Assembly: GCA_903834835.1 (NCBI GenBank)
Contig: CAILKO010000043.1
Coordinates: 103,787 to 167,786, forward strand
Reading direction: 5' to 3'
Length of the DNA stretch: 64,000 nucleotides
DNA from: an uncultured Pseudomonadota bacterium
Lineage (GTDB): Bacteria > Pseudomonadota > Gammaproteobacteria > Burkholderiales > SG8-39
The notes under the pieces are model-generated. The model did no database searches and was not told where the DNA came from. It saw only the letters and a program-made list of their open reading frames with translations. A program made the translations under genes and the position numbers. Shown here in pieces: positions 1-10,396 of this stretch; the first letter of the stretch is position 1; each line of letters starts with the position of its first letter.

Positions 1-547
1 GCCTGTTCCGCAAGGCGGTGGTGTCGATGTCCACGGACACATCCATGATGGTCGTGCCACCGCTTCCGGTCCACAGGAAGATGTTGGTCGCGCCAATTTT
101 CTTTCCGAGCAAATAGAGCTCGTTCGGATTGAGCAGCATCACGTCCGCGATTTCAGGACTGCCGACGGATATCCGGGTAACGTCTTCCGGCAGGCGGAGA
201 ACGCTGGACTTTCCGAGAGTAAGACTTAGCTGTGGCGCGATAGTGGTCGGCGGCACAAGCACGGCGATTCGAGCGAGCTCCGTAGTCCTTTGGTCAGTTA
301 CTCTGGCGGGTTCCGCAGCTATCGCGTTTGTGAGGGTAAATGCAGACTTCAGAACGAGTGTCATACTGGGGCGCGGCGCCGCGGCGCGTTGCGTCAAGAG
401 CGCGGAAACCGCCTTGGCCGTCACAGTTTTTTGGCCCGCTTCTTCGGTGGTACCGGTCGCGTGGACCACACCTGGCGTGAACGTCGAAATTAGGACTGCC
501 GCAGTCCGCAGGTCCCGCAGTATGTTGAATACATTGAATGCGGCCAT
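1..547 (-). CDS. cpaC: Tad/Flp pilus secretin CpaC/RcpA, N-terminal part (the gene runs off the left edge)
   Basis: Not in the ORF track because the frame is open at the window edge. My own reverse-strand translation starts at the ATG at 545-547: MAAFNVFNILRDLRTAAVLISTFTPGVVHA (signal-like), then ...LTLGKSSVLRLPEDVTRISVGSPEIADVMLLNPNELYLLGKKIGATNIFLW..., which is the typical pilus-secretin N-terminal (pil_N/BON-like) domain. No stop codon down to position 1. It lies directly downstream of cpaB. Confidence 0.7.
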   Translation of the reverse strand, partial: MAAFNVFNILRDLRTAAVLISTFTPGVVHATGTTEEAGQKTVTAKAVSALLTQRAAAPRPSMTLVLKSAFTLTNAIAAEPARVTDQRTTELARIAVLVPPTTIAPQLSLTLGKSSVLRLPEDVTRISVGSPEIADVMLLNPNELYLLGKKIGATNIFLWTGSGGTTIMDVSVDIDTTALRNR

Positions 548-563
548 GGCTTGCTTTCTATAC

Positions 564-1439
564 TCAGCCGCGGCCATTCGGGTTCGGCGGTGGGTCGATT
601 GTCGTCCGGGTTACGCCTCGAATGACTTCAATCCCAGGCTTCCGCCGGAGCGATGTGTTTTCAGGCGTGGCCGATGCGGGCCTCGCCTCCCGCACCTTCA
701 CTTCCAGCACGGCGGTGTCTGCGCCGTACGTGTGCGGCGCGGGGCGCAGGCTGCGGACGTTCAGCAGGTCGCTCCTGCCGGCGCCGGAAGTAACAACGGA
801 CGCGCGATCGACTTGGTTGCGCAGCACCAGAGACAGGGTTCCGACGCTGCGTGCGAGATCGAGTATTTCGGCCTGCTGGGGTGTTACTTCAAGGGTGACG
901 GCATTCACGACCTTCGGCTTGGCCTCGTCGCCCTTCACGTCCTGCGCCACCGCCAGTACGAGGATTTGTTCGAGCACGATCTTCGACACGGGCCTGTTCT
1001 GCTCGTCCTGGGCGTTAACTATGACATCGACTCGGTTGCCGGGAATGGCGAAGCCGGCCACACCCACAACTTCGTTCACCTTGACCGTTATTGCGCGCTT
1101 GCCTTCGGCGATGACCGAGGATAGGCCGCCCGTACTGCCGGTCGCTGCAAGCTTGGGCTCCAGGATCGGCTCGCCCTGCAGTAGATTGGCAATGATCACT
1201 CTGGCATGGAGTGCCTTGGGATCGGAGAATGTCCCCTTAACCGCGCTGGGCGACGGCCAATCGACCACCTGCAGCATGCCAGGCTCAAGGCGAGTACCCG
1301 CATCCATATTGCTCTTCGCGACCACGACCTTGACGGTCGCCACGGAGGCCTGACGCGAGACCCACTGTGCGGCTGCAAATACCGCCGCGAGCCCTACCGC
1401 AATCGATATGGCGATAGTAGCTATGGGCTTGATATTCAT
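564..1439 (-). CDS. cpaB: Flp pilus assembly protein CpaB/RcpC
   Basis: Internal ATG of ORF 564..1916 (MNIKPIATIAISIAVGLAAVFAA...). It has an N-terminal TM anchor followed by SAF/RcpC-like sequence (VVVAKSNMDAGTRLEPGML, GEPILEPKL, RAITVKVNEVVGVAGF). The longer ORF start would overlap cpaA. Confidence 0.85.
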   Translation of the reverse strand: MNIKPIATIAISIAVGLAAVFAAAQWVSRQASVATVKVVVAKSNMDAGTRLEPGMLQVVDWPSPSAVKGTFSDPKALHARVIIANLLQGEPILEPKLAATGSTGGLSSVIAEGKRAITVKVNEVVGVAGFAIPGNRVDVIVNAQDEQNRPVSKIVLEQILVLAVAQDVKGDEAKPKVVNAVTLEVTPQQAEILDLARSVGTLSLVLRNQVDRASVVTSGAGRSDLLNVRSLRPAPHTYGADTAVLEVKVREARPASATPENTSLRRKPGIEVIRGVTRTTIDPPPNPNGRG

Positions 1440-1441
1440 AG

Positions 1442-1966
1442 CTAGAAGCGGTCTGCTGCCAGCTGTGAAACCAGCACGCCGACTGCCACCGCCACCGCGT
1501 ACGGAAGGCGGACCCGGGTTACAGGCATGTCGCCAATTCGCGGGGCGTTGCCGCTTGCCAGGTGCATGGCAGCGCTCCTCGCAAAAGCCCAGACGTTGCG
1601 CAGGGCCTGCACCAGAACGCCGGATTTCAGTCCGTAGCCGATGGCGAGAATCCCGCCCGCTGCGAACGTGGCAACGCCCGCTAGCAGTGTTGCCTTCACG
1701 CCCAGAAACGTTCCGGCCATCGCCAGAAGCTTGACGTCGCCTGCGCCCATGATGCCAAGCGCGTAGCATGGCAACAGCAGTGCAAATCCCGTGACCAATC
1801 CCATTGCCATGTCCCTGCTCCCGATGCCGGTGGGGGTGAGGCTGAAAGCAACCCCGACCAGTGCCGCGGCCACTACGAGCGTATTGGGAATCCGGTTCGA
1901 CCTGATGTCCATCCACGCCGCCGCGATAAGGAATGCCATCAACACCATGAAGTCGAGCCGGTTCAT
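1442..1966 (-). CDS. cpaA: Prepilin peptidase CpaA/TadV (A24 aspartic peptidase)
   Basis: Polytopic membrane protein with WMDIRSNRIPN and GAGDVKLLAMAG motifs, which carry the two catalytic Asp residues of the A24 family. I prefer the ATG at 1966 over the TTG at 1984. Confidence 0.8.
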   Translation of the reverse strand: MNRLDFMVLMAFLIAAAWMDIRSNRIPNTLVVAAALVGVAFSLTPTGIGSRDMAMGLVTGFALLLPCYALGIMGAGDVKLLAMAGTFLGVKATLLAGVATFAAGGILAIGYGLKSGVLVQALRNVWAFARSAAMHLASGNAPRIGDMPVTRVRLPYAVAVAVGVLVSQLAADRF

Positions 1967-2086
1967 GTGTCCGGTTGCCGGCAACGCATCGGTTGTCTGC
2001 CAGGTCGTCTAGGACCGCCCCTATGCCGGTATGAGCGGTTCTGCATCGGGTGCCTGCAACACGGGGCTCACTAAGATGGAGACACC

Positions 2087-2126
2087 GGGTTCATGCCGGT
2101 ACTTTCGGGTGAGCCGGCATGAACCC
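2087..2126 (-). other. Perfect 13-bp inverted repeat between flp and cpaA (GGGTTCATGCCGG-N14-CCGGCATGAACCC)
   Basis: Read directly from the sequence. No U-tract follows it on the minus strand, so it is more likely an mRNA-stabilising or partial-termination hairpin after the pilin gene than a canonical terminator. Confidence 0.5.
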
Positions 2127-2142
2127 AGCACCGAACAGCGGA

Positions 2143-2352
2143 TTACGTGCAAGCTGTCGTGCACGTGCCGTTGTTGGCGCCCACCATGCAATCCGCAACA
2201 CGCGTGAAAATGCATGACAGGCGGGTACCGAGCAATGATGCCGCAGTGATGATTGCAACCGCAATCAAAGCAGCGATCAATCCGTATTCGATTGCGGTCG
2301 CACCCTCTTCGTCGCGCCAAAAATCTAGTGCAAGTTGCTTCATTGTCTTCAT
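2143..2352 (-). CDS. flp: Flp family type IVb pilin
   Basis: MKTMKQLALDFWRDEEGATAIEYGLIAALIAVAIITAAS... carries the Flp signature G/ATAIEYGLI followed by a hydrophobic helix. The start is an internal ATG at 2352. The protein is 69 aa with an unusual Cys-containing tail. Confidence 0.85.
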   Translation of the reverse strand: MKTMKQLALDFWRDEEGATAIEYGLIAALIAVAIITAASLLGTRLSCIFTRVADCMVGANNGTCTTACT

Positions 2353-2539
2353 GACATTTCTCCATCGGCTGCTGAAAAAAGTTCCGGAACAAGGCGTCAG
2401 TATGGAGGAAATTGCGTGGCCGCTATGTTCGTTGCCACACATAGCACGCAAAATCAGGGGCAACGAGAAGGGGCGGCGTGTCCGGCACGCTGGCCGGGCC
2501 GCCGGTGGTCAATTCAACCGTAGCGCGCGGTTCCGACGA

Positions 2540-3943
2540 TCACTTCGCGATGCGAATCCCCGAAGCGATTTCGGCATAGCAGGACTTCAAGGCGGCTACG
2601 TCGGCGGCCCAGCAATACTTGCCAACCGGAAGATTCGGGTTGTAGCAACGCGGCAGGGAGTCAGGCGTGTTTGCCATGCACTTGAGCAGGTCTTCGCCGT
2701 TTTCATTGTCCGGTCCGGACCCGTTCTTCAGGAGGCTGCCCAAGCCAAGCGTATATACGTAAGTGCCTTCCGTCCGCGCCTTCAGGGCGACGGACTCCGC
2801 GAGGTTGCGCGCCGCTCGGTTGATGTTCGCATACCAGGCGTTCTGATAGTTCGGGGCACCGGCGGCAGCGGGCGTCGCCAGCACTTGGCGCGGCGTGTTC
2901 GTAACGACCGGGAATTCCATGTCGGTCTGGTTGTGCGCGTTGTAGTAGGCGGGAAACGGCGTGGTCACGTACCGATAGTGTCGATTCACGCCGCCCCCCG
3001 TAGTTGAAATGATGCTGTTCCCCTGGTCACAGTTTCCGGGCAGCGCCTGGCTCACTCGATCAGGGTAATACAAGCCCGTGGGCGTACCGGTTGAGCCATC
3101 TCCTGCGGAGAGCACACCCGGCGACGCGCAGTCGGAGGGGGTGTGGAATTTGAAGTACGAAGCGAACGTATTTGGCGAACCATCGGAGAAAAACACGATG
3201 ACCCGCAGACTGGAATAGTTCGCGGGTGAAATGTGGTTCTTGAGCTGATCGCGAGCGTTCCATAGCCCCTCGGAAGAATTCGTGTTTCCGGCGAAGCCAT
3301 AGCCGTTAATGCGACTATTCATCGTGCCTCTGTCAAACCCCCGGCTCTGATCCGCTTTGAAGGGAACATCCACCGTGGCGCCGTAGGCGAAATGAATCAG
3401 CGAGACCCGATCTTCCAGTTGATTGAAGAGGCTGAGGAAATAGGTCGCACCGTTCCTTACCCCGCTCCCGACGGACTGCAGCGATCCAGTCGTGTCCATA
3501 ACGAACGCCATGTCGAGGGAACGCCTGACCACTTGCGCTGTCGCGCTCACCGGCAGCAGATTGAGGCCGAACATTCCCATTATGTTGACGGGCGGGCTGG
3601 CGGTGCCCGACAGATTGATTGTCGCCTCGCCACGGGAGAACGTAACGACGGGTGTCGCGAGCGTGCCGGTCGAGCGTAGATAGCCGGCCGGATAATTGGC
3701 GTCGAAGAACTTCTGGGCCGCCTGGACCGCATTGTTGATTTGATCCGTCTGGGTGGCCCCCTGGCTTAGCGCCCGCGCTGCGGCTATCCCGGCGGCATCG
3801 ACGGCGCCCTCGAGCTTGGCTTTGACGAGATAGCCCACACCGGAATCGATGACGACACCGGCTGCGCCGATCAGCACGAGCATGATAAAGGCCGTCAGGA
3901 TCGTGATTTGTCCTTTGCTCCGGAATCGCCCGGAAGTTCTCAT
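2540..3943 (-). CDS. TadG-like pilus assembly protein with a vWA-like domain
   Basis: The N-terminus GQITILTAFIMLVLIGAAGVVIDSGVGY is the Tad_N/TadG-like pseudopilin anchor. It is followed by DMAFVMDTTGSL...SLIHFAYGA..., which is MIDAS/vWA-like. Confidence 0.75.
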   Translation of the reverse strand: MRTSGRFRSKGQITILTAFIMLVLIGAAGVVIDSGVGYLVKAKLEGAVDAAGIAAARALSQGATQTDQINNAVQAAQKFFDANYPAGYLRSTGTLATPVVTFSRGEATINLSGTASPPVNIMGMFGLNLLPVSATAQVVRRSLDMAFVMDTTGSLQSVGSGVRNGATYFLSLFNQLEDRVSLIHFAYGATVDVPFKADQSRGFDRGTMNSRINGYGFAGNTNSSEGLWNARDQLKNHISPANYSSLRVIVFFSDGSPNTFASYFKFHTPSDCASPGVLSAGDGSTGTPTGLYYPDRVSQALPGNCDQGNSIISTTGGGVNRHYRYVTTPFPAYYNAHNQTDMEFPVVTNTPRQVLATPAAAGAPNYQNAWYANINRAARNLAESVALKARTEGTYVYTLGLGSLLKNGSGPDNENGEDLLKCMANTPDSLPRCYNPNLPVGKYCWAADVAALKSCYAEIASGIRIAK

Positions 3944-3966
3944 GGCCTATCCTTGGGCTGCTGGAA

Positions 3967-4608
3967 TCAGAGGACCGTCATGGCGTACAAGTTAGGCCCG
4001 ATCTGGGGCATTCGTACGCCGAATCCGAAATTCATTGCTCCCAGGAGCATGCTGAAGCGGTAATAAGCTTCCACCGCGTAGATCACATCGCCGTCGGCGA
4101 GTTGCCCCATCATGACGTTGGCGGTCGGGGACATGGTCCCTGCGGAGGGCAGGTTTGCGCAATTGCCTTCATTGGGCCCACTGGTCAGCCAGTTCGTACC
4201 GCCGGAATCGCCGCAGGTCCAGACCGCGCTATTCGGGGAGTAAGTGCTTTGGTGCCAGCCTTGCGTCCATCGGTATTGCTCGATCACGACATTTCTTACC
4301 CTGCCACCTTCCTGATGTCCCGTGATCTTGGTGACATAGATCATTCCGTTCTGGCCCATGTCCAGTGGGGGAGTCGAGGAAGCAAGCGCAACCATGATTT
4401 GCTGGTTTGCATACTGGAGAGATGATCTCGACGCCAGGTTAGCGCCTTCCCTGCTGAGATTGACCAATATCATTTGCGCCTGTAGCGCGCGCGCAAACTC
4501 ATATATTCCGACCACGAGCAGCAACAGGAACGGCAGCACCAGCGCAAATTCCACGGCGGCCGTCCCAGCGCACTTGCTGCGACGCCCCTTGGGACGTGGT
4601 GCCGTCAC
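3967..4608 (-). CDS. TadE/TadF-like pseudopilin
   Basis: GTAAVEFALVLPFLLLLVVGIYEFA is the TadE-like N-terminal motif. Confidence 0.75.
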   Translation of the reverse strand: MTAPRPKGRRSKCAGTAAVEFALVLPFLLLLVVGIYEFARALQAQMILVNLSREGANLASRSSLQYANQQIMVALASSTPPLDMGQNGMIYVTKITGHQEGGRVRNVVIEQYRWTQGWHQSTYSPNSAVWTCGDSGGTNWLTSGPNEGNCANLPSAGTMSPTANVMMGQLADGDVIYAVEAYYRFSMLLGAMNFGFGVRMPQIGPNLYAMTVL

Positions 4609-5096
4609 TGCTGATAAGCCTCATTGCGCATGGTGGCGGCAACGCTGAAATTGTAATTTCCCGCCATGAAGTAAGGCGCGACCAGAGGGGTTGTGAGCGG
4701 CCAGAAGCAATTGAGTTGCAGCATCACAATGTCGCCGGGGCCGCCAAACATGCCGCTCGTATATTGGGTGGAATCGCCATACGTCCGGAGGGGGCCGCCG
4801 TTGATGCTGGTAGCAACAACGGGGTGAACCTGGTCGAAGAGTCCGATCGAGTTGTCTTTGATTGCCTCGATGACGGCCAGGTAGCGCTGCTGGTTCGACG
4901 CATTCGGGTCGAGATTGCTCTGGCCCGTAATCGCGTAGCGCGCGCCTTCCCTGACCGCGTATTGCATGGTCAGGTTTACCCAGAACATGATGCCACACTC
5001 GACAACGCCGAGGATGAGCAGGAAATAGACTGGTGCTAGCAGCGCAAATTCCAGCGCGGTCGCGCCGCGATTCTTCGCGCGCATCATCTGACCCAT
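4605..5096 (-). CDS. TadE-like pseudopilin
   Basis: GATALEFALLAPVYFLLILGVVECG is a TadE-like N-terminus. Its stop overlaps the next gene's start by 4 nt. Confidence 0.75.
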   Translation of the reverse strand: MGQMMRAKNRGATALEFALLAPVYFLLILGVVECGIMFWVNLTMQYAVREGARYAITGQSNLDPNASNQQRYLAVIEAIKDNSIGLFDQVHPVVATSINGGPLRTYGDSTQYTSGMFGGPGDIVMLQLNCFWPLTTPLVAPYFMAGNYNFSVAATMRNEAYQQ

Positions 5097-5414
5097 CTGC
5101 TCGCAGTCGTATTTAGGCGGATTGCTGCTGGTATATCGAACTCTACTTCAGCGCGGTTGCGCTTTATCAGTGTTCCGAATCAGATTATCACGGCAACCGC
5201 GGATAAATCTGTTCCGGTTGAAGCGGGAGTATTCTTCAAGCAGAAGCTTGGTCGGAGTCCGAATCGGGCCTCGATAGACTTGGTAGGGGTCTTGGGTTCG
5301 CATTCAATCGCGCCTGCCAAATTCCCTGGACGTACCTTCCTCTCTCGACGCTTGGCAGACCGCCCGGCACGACGCACGATGCGACGCCGCGCCGGGTCTG
5401 TGGAAGTTCGTCTG

Positions 5415-7742
5415 TCAGGCCGCGCGCGCGCCTTCGATTGCGCGCCATACCTTCTCCGGCGTGGCAGGCATGTCGATCGAGCGCACGCCGAGCGGCGCGA
5501 GCGCATCGACCACCGCGTTCATGATCGCCGGCAGGGCGCCCACATTGCCGGCCTCGCCCGCGCCCTTGACCCCGAGCGGGTTGGTCGGGGTCGGGGCAGG
5601 GATGTTCTCCATGTCGAAGTCGCAGGTGTCGTCCGCGCGCGGCAGGCCATAGTCCATGAATGAACCCGTGAGCAGCTGGCCGGAGTCCGGGTCGTAGCGC
5701 ACGTGCTCGCTGAAGCACTGTCCGATGCCCTGCACGATGCCGCCGTGGATCTGTCCTTCGAGCGTCAGGTGGTTGATGACCGTGCCGACATCGTCAACCA
5801 CCGAATAGCGCAGGATCCGTGTCGTGCCGGTCTCCGGGTCGATCTCGAGCTCGCACACGTGGCAGCCGTTCGGAAAGGTCGGGATCTCCGGGGCGAAGCT
5901 CGCGGTTTCCGCAAGACCGGTCTCCATGTCCTTCGGAATCTGGGACGGAATGTGCGCGACGCGCGCGACCTCGGCAATGCTGACCTTGCGGTCGGTGCCC
6001 GCGACGCGGAATTCACCGTCGCCGAATTCGATGTCCACGGCGGCGGCCTCAAGGATATGCGCGGCGATGCGCTTGCCCTTCTCGATGATCCGGTCGGAGG
6101 CCATCGCGCTCGCCGTGCCGCCGAGCACCGCGGTGCGCGAGGCATAGGTACCGCCGCCGTCGGGCGCGACATCGGTGTCGGACTGCGCGACGCGGATGGT
6201 GTCCGCATCGATCCCGAGACGGTCGCTCACGATGATCTTGTACATGGTTTCGTGGCCCTGGCCCTGCGAGATGGAGCCGGGAATGACGGTGCAGCCGCCG
6301 CTCGGATCGAAGCGGATCTGGATGGTCTCGCCGTAGTACATCGCGGCCTGTTCGATCACGTTGGACAAGCCGATGCCGCGCAACATGCCGCGGCGCTTTG
6401 CTTCCGCGCGGCGCGCTTCGAAACCGCTGTAGTCGGCAATCTGCAGCGCGCGCTCCAGATTGGCGGGAAAGTTGCCGCTGTCCAGCTTGTAGTTGAGGCC
6501 GGTCTGGAAAGGCATCGCGCTCGCGGGCACCGTGTTGCGGCGCCGGATCTCGGCCGCGTCGATACCCATTTCGCGCGCGGCGGTGTCGATCAGGCGTTCG
6601 ATGACATAGGCCGCCTCGGGGCGGCCCGAGCCGCGATAAGGGCCTGCGCAGCCGGTGTTCGTCAGCACCGCAGACACCTCCGCGTAGATCGCAGGCGTGG
6701 TGTAGGTGCCGGCGAGACTGCCGAAATGGGTGGAGGCGGAAATCATGCCGGCCGGGTTCATGTAGGCGCCGATGTTCGAGATGTTCGAAATCCGCGCGGC
6801 GAGAAATTTTCCATTCCGGTCGAGCGCGAGCTCGGCATAGCTGATGTGGTCGCGATCGTGGTCGTCCGAGAGCATGGCCTCGCTGCGATCGCTTACCCAC
6901 TTCACCGGGCGGCCGAGCTGGCGCGACGCCCACAGACAGACCGGATATTCCGGGAACTGGTCGTTCTTCATGCCGAAGCTGCCGCCAACCTCGCCGGAGA
7001 CGAGGCGCAGCTTGGTTTCAGGCATGTGCATGACGAGCTTGGCGATGTGGGTGCGCGTGGCGTGCGGGCGCTGGGTGCCGGCATAGAGCGTGTAGCGGTC
7101 CTCGCGATAGTCGTAATCGCCGATGCAGCCGCGCGCCTCCATGGTGCAGTGCGTGACGCGATTGAATTCCAGACGCAGCTTGGTGACGTGATCGGCGCCC
7201 GCGAAGGCGGCATCGACGCGCGGCTTGTCGCCGATGGCGAAGAAGAAGGTTTCATTGTCCGCGCAGCCGTCCCAGATCGCCGGCGTGCCGGGCTTGCGCG
7301 CACCTTCGGTATCGACCACCACCGGCAGGGCTTCGTACTCGACCGCGACCAGTTCGGCTGCATCCTTCGCCTGGTTGCGGGTTTCGGCGATGATGACTGC
7401 TACGGCCTCGCCGACGAGTTTGACCGTGTCCGCTGCGAGCAGGGCGCGTGCCGGGGCAAACATCGGCGAGCCGTCGCGCCGCTGGCGCTGCAGGAAGGGC
7501 GGCAGGGAACCGAATTTCTCGGGCACGAGATCCGCGCCGGTGTAGACAGCGAGGATGCCCGGGGCCGCGCGTGCGGCACTCGCGTCGATCGACACGATGC
7601 GCGCATGGGCGTGCGGCGAGCGCAGGAAGATCGCATGGCATTCGCCGGACAGCACGAAGTCGTCGAGAAATTTGCCACGGCCGGTGGTGAGACGATCATC
7701 CTCGGTGCGCGGCACCGACTGTCCGATTGCGAATCTGCCCAT
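5415..7742 (-). CDS. Xanthine dehydrogenase/aldehyde oxidase family molybdopterin-binding large subunit (CoxL-like, not form I CODH), paralog 1
   Basis: [23 protein letters not shown]... is the typical N-terminus, and [11 protein letters not shown] and GQGHET motifs are present. I chose the start at 7742, which is preceded by AGGAG. Confidence 0.85.
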   Translation of the reverse strand: MGRFAIGQSVPRTEDDRLTTGRGKFLDDFVLSGECHAIFLRSPHAHARIVSIDASAARAAPGILAVYTGADLVPEKFGSLPPFLQRQRRDGSPMFAPARALLAADTVKLVGEAVAVIIAETRNQAKDAAELVAVEYEALPVVVDTEGARKPGTPAIWDGCADNETFFFAIGDKPRVDAAFAGADHVTKLRLEFNRVTHCTMEARGCIGDYDYREDRYTLYAGTQRPHATRTHIAKLVMHMPETKLRLVSGEVGGSFGMKNDQFPEYPVCLWASRQLGRPVKWVSDRSEAMLSDDHDRDHISYAELALDRNGKFLAARISNISNIGAYMNPAGMISASTHFGSLAGTYTTPAIYAEVSAVLTNTGCAGPYRGSGRPEAAYVIERLIDTAAREMGIDAAEIRRRNTVPASAMPFQTGLNYKLDSGNFPANLERALQIADYSGFEARRAEAKRRGMLRGIGLSNVIEQAAMYYGETIQIRFDPSGGCTVIPGSISQGQGHETMYKIIVSDRLGIDADTIRVAQSDTDVAPDGGGTYASRTAVLGGTASAMASDRIIEKGKRIAAHILEAAAVDIEFGDGEFRVAGTDRKVSIAEVARVAHIPSQIPKDMETGLAETASFAPEIPTFPNGCHVCELEIDPETGTTRILRYSVVDDVGTVINHLTLEGQIHGGIVQGIGQCFSEHVRYDPDSGQLLTGSFMDYGLPRADDTCDFDMENIPAPTPTNPLGVKGAGEAGNVGALPAIMNAVVDALAPLGVRSIDMPATPEKVWRAIEGARAA

Positions 7743-7772
7743 GTCCTGCTCCTGTTCTGTCTCTCTAAAGGC

Positions 7773-7798
7773 CACCGGGCGACGTCAGTCGCCCGGTG
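7773..7798 (-). other. Perfect 11-bp stem / 4-nt loop hairpin between the two XDH-family paralogs
   Basis: On the minus strand the sequence is CACCGGGCGAC-TGAC-GTCGCCCGGTG, followed by GCCUUUAGAG (a weak U-tract). It sits 20 nt after the paralog 2 stop. Confidence 0.45.
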
Positions 7799-7817
7799 CG
7801 TGCATCCTGCCGTAGCG

Positions 7818-10139
7818 TTATTGCGCGGACTGGATCGCGCGCCACACCCGCTCCGGCGTGGCCGGCATGTCGAGGTGACGCACGCCGAGCGGTGACAGGG
7901 CATCGACGACTGCATTCATGATCGCCGGCAGCGCCCCGACGTTGCCGGCCTCGCCCGCGCCCTTGGCACCGAGCGGGTTGGTCGCGGTCGGCACCGGCTG
8001 GTTCTCCATGTCGAAGTCGCAGGTGTCGTCGGCGCGCGGCAGGCCGTAGTCCATGAAGGATCCCGTCAGCAACTGGCCCGTCTCGCTGTCGTAGCGCAGG
8101 TGCTCGCTGAAGGCCTGACCGATACCCTGCACGATGCCGCCGTGGATCTGGCCCTCGAAGGTGAGATGGTTGATCACCGTGCCGACATCGTCTACCACTG
8201 CATAGCGCAGTACTTTCGATTTGCCGGTTTCCGGATCGATCTCGACTTCGCACACATGGCAGCCGTTCGGATAGCTGGCGATTTCCGGGGCGAAGCTCGC
8301 CACCGCGAAGAGTCCGGTCTCGACATCCTTCGGGATGAGGGAGGGCACATGGGCGACGCGCGCGATTTCCGTGATGCCGACCTTGCGGTCGGTGCCCCCG
8401 ACGCGGAATTCGCCGTCGCCGAACTCGATATCAACCGCCGCCGCCTCGAGCAGGTGTGCCGCGATGCGCTTGCCTTTCTCGATGATCTTGTCCGCGGCCA
8501 TGCCGCAGGCGGAACCGCCGAGCACCGCCGTGCGCGAGGCCCAGGTGCCCTGTCCGTCGGAGACGACATCGGTATCCCCGAAGGAGAGCCGCACCGTGTC
8601 CGGATCGATGCCGAGGCGGTCGCTCAGGATGATCTTGTACATCGTTTCGTGGCCCTGGCCGTGCGAGATCGAACCCGCGACCAGCGTGATGCCGCCGCTC
8701 GGATCGAAACGGATTTCCATCGTTTCGCCGAGCAGGTGGGCCGCCTGCTCGATCACGTTTGCAATACCGATGCCGCGCAGCATGCCGCGACGCTTCGCCT
8801 CGGCGCGGCGCGCCTCGAAGCCGGCGTACTCGGAGATCTGGAGCGCACGTTCGAGGTTGGCGGGGAAGTTGCCGCAGTCCAGCTTGTAGGTGAGTCCGGT
8901 CTGGAAGGGCATCGCGCTCGCGGGTACGGTATTGCGCCGGCGGATTTCCGCGCGATCCATCCCCATGTCGCGCGCCGCCACGTCGATCAGACGCTCGATG
9001 ATGTAGGCCGCCTCGGGGCGGCCGGAACCGCGGTAGGGACCGGCGACGCCGGTGTTGGTGAGCACGGCCGAGACTTCGGCATAGATCGCGGGCGTGGTGT
9101 AGGTGCCCGCCAGGCTGCCGAAGTGGGTCGACGCGGAGATCGGGCCCGTCAGGTTGAGGTAGGCGCCGATGTTCGAGATGTTCGAGACCCGCACCGCGAG
9201 GAACCTGCCGTCCCGGTCCAGCGCAATCTCGGCATTGCTGATGTGGTCGCGATCGTGATAGTCGGCCAGCATCGCTTCGCTGCGCTCGCAGATCCACTTT
9301 ACCGGGCGACCGATCTTGCGCGCGGCCCACAGGCAGAGCGGGTACTCGGTGAAGTCCTCGTTCTTCAGGCCGAAACTGCCCCCGACCTCGCCGCTCACGA
9401 TGCGCAGTTTGGTCTCGGGAATTCCGAGGATGGTGCCGGCGATGCCCTTGCGCATTCCGTGGGGACGCTGATTGCCCGAATACAGGGTGTAGCGGTCCTC
9501 GCGGTAGTCGTACTCGCCGATGCAGCCGCGCGTCTCCATCGTGCAGTGCGTGATCCGGTTGAATTCCAGTCGCACCCGGCTTACATGGTGCGCCGTGGCG
9601 AAGGCAGCATCCACGCGTGCCTTGTCGCCGGCCGCGAAGAAGAATGTTTCGTTGTCCGGGCAGTCTTTCCACACGGCGGGAGTGCCCGGCCGCGCAGCGC
9701 TTTCGGTATCGACGACAACCGGCAGCGGATCGTAGTCCACCGCGATGAGCTCAGCCGCATCCTTGGCCTGGTTGCGTGTTTCCGCAATCACCATCGCGAC
9801 GCATTCGCCGAGCAGCATGACGCGTTCGTGCGCAAGCAGGGGGCGGTGGGGCGCGAAGGCAGAGGCGCCGCTGCGCCGGAAGCGCGGCATCATCGGCGCG
9901 AGCCAGCCGAATTTCTCCGGCAGCACGTCCGCGCCGGTGTAGATGGCGAGCACACCCGGGGCTACGCGCGCGGCGTCCGTGTCGACGGACAGGATGCGCG
10001 CATGGGCGTGGGGCGAGCGCAGGAATACCGCGTGGCACTCGTCAGGTAGCGTGTAGTCGTCGAGATAGCGCCCGCGTCCGGTGGTGAGGCGGTCGTCCTC
10101 GGTACGCGGTACGGACTGCCCGATTGCGAATCTGCCCAT
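7818..10139 (-). CDS. Xanthine dehydrogenase family molybdopterin-binding large subunit, paralog 2
   Basis: Collinear with paralog 1 over its whole length (same [23 protein letters not shown] start, [11 protein letters not shown] motif, and so on). The start at 10139 is preceded by AGGAGG. Confidence 0.85.
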   Translation of the reverse strand: MGRFAIGQSVPRTEDDRLTTGRGRYLDDYTLPDECHAVFLRSPHAHARILSVDTDAARVAPGVLAIYTGADVLPEKFGWLAPMMPRFRRSGASAFAPHRPLLAHERVMLLGECVAMVIAETRNQAKDAAELIAVDYDPLPVVVDTESAARPGTPAVWKDCPDNETFFFAAGDKARVDAAFATAHHVSRVRLEFNRITHCTMETRGCIGEYDYREDRYTLYSGNQRPHGMRKGIAGTILGIPETKLRIVSGEVGGSFGLKNEDFTEYPLCLWAARKIGRPVKWICERSEAMLADYHDRDHISNAEIALDRDGRFLAVRVSNISNIGAYLNLTGPISASTHFGSLAGTYTTPAIYAEVSAVLTNTGVAGPYRGSGRPEAAYIIERLIDVAARDMGMDRAEIRRRNTVPASAMPFQTGLTYKLDCGNFPANLERALQISEYAGFEARRAEAKRRGMLRGIGIANVIEQAAHLLGETMEIRFDPSGGITLVAGSISHGQGHETMYKIILSDRLGIDPDTVRLSFGDTDVVSDGQGTWASRTAVLGGSACGMAADKIIEKGKRIAAHLLEAAAVDIEFGDGEFRVGGTDRKVGITEIARVAHVPSLIPKDVETGLFAVASFAPEIASYPNGCHVCEVEIDPETGKSKVLRYAVVDDVGTVINHLTFEGQIHGGIVQGIGQAFSEHLRYDSETGQLLTGSFMDYGLPRADDTCDFDMENQPVPTATNPLGAKGAGEAGNVGALPAIMNAVVDALSPLGVRHLDMPATPERVWRAIQSAQ

Positions 10140-10396
10140 CGATTTCCTCCTGATGCTGAATTTGCCCCGCGAATGTGCCCAATGCGCACGCGGCTCCCGC
10201 GTGGACGCTAACGCCGTTGGCACAGCCGGTCAAGCGCGCCGCACGCTCCTCGGGGGAGCGGGTGATATCATCGGCAGACCAAGGAAACAGCATCCTGGCC
10301 ATGCGAACAGCGGTCAGGCGACCGCCCGAGCAGACGATGACACGAACGCGAACGCAGTCCGACCACTAGGAACCGGCGGCCGACATCGGGATCACA

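Larger units (their letters stand above)
5415..10139. repeat. Tandem duplication of a ~2.4 kb gene unit (the two XDH-family large-subunit genes)
   Basis: The two proteins align end to end without gaps. By eye, roughly three quarters or more of the positions are identical. This was not computed. Confidence 0.8.

Noticed and set aside
129-1353. Plus-strand ORFs 129..1124 (331 aa) and 538..1353 (271 aa) at the left end.
   Set aside because: They are antisense to the well-supported cpaC and cpaB reading frames, and their composition is shadow-like.
2400-2470. A possible sigma-54 promoter upstream of flp (TGGCAACGAACATAGC on the minus strand).
   Set aside because: The GG-to-GC spacing is one nucleotide longer than the strictly spaced -24/-12 consensus (TGGCAC-N5-TTGC).
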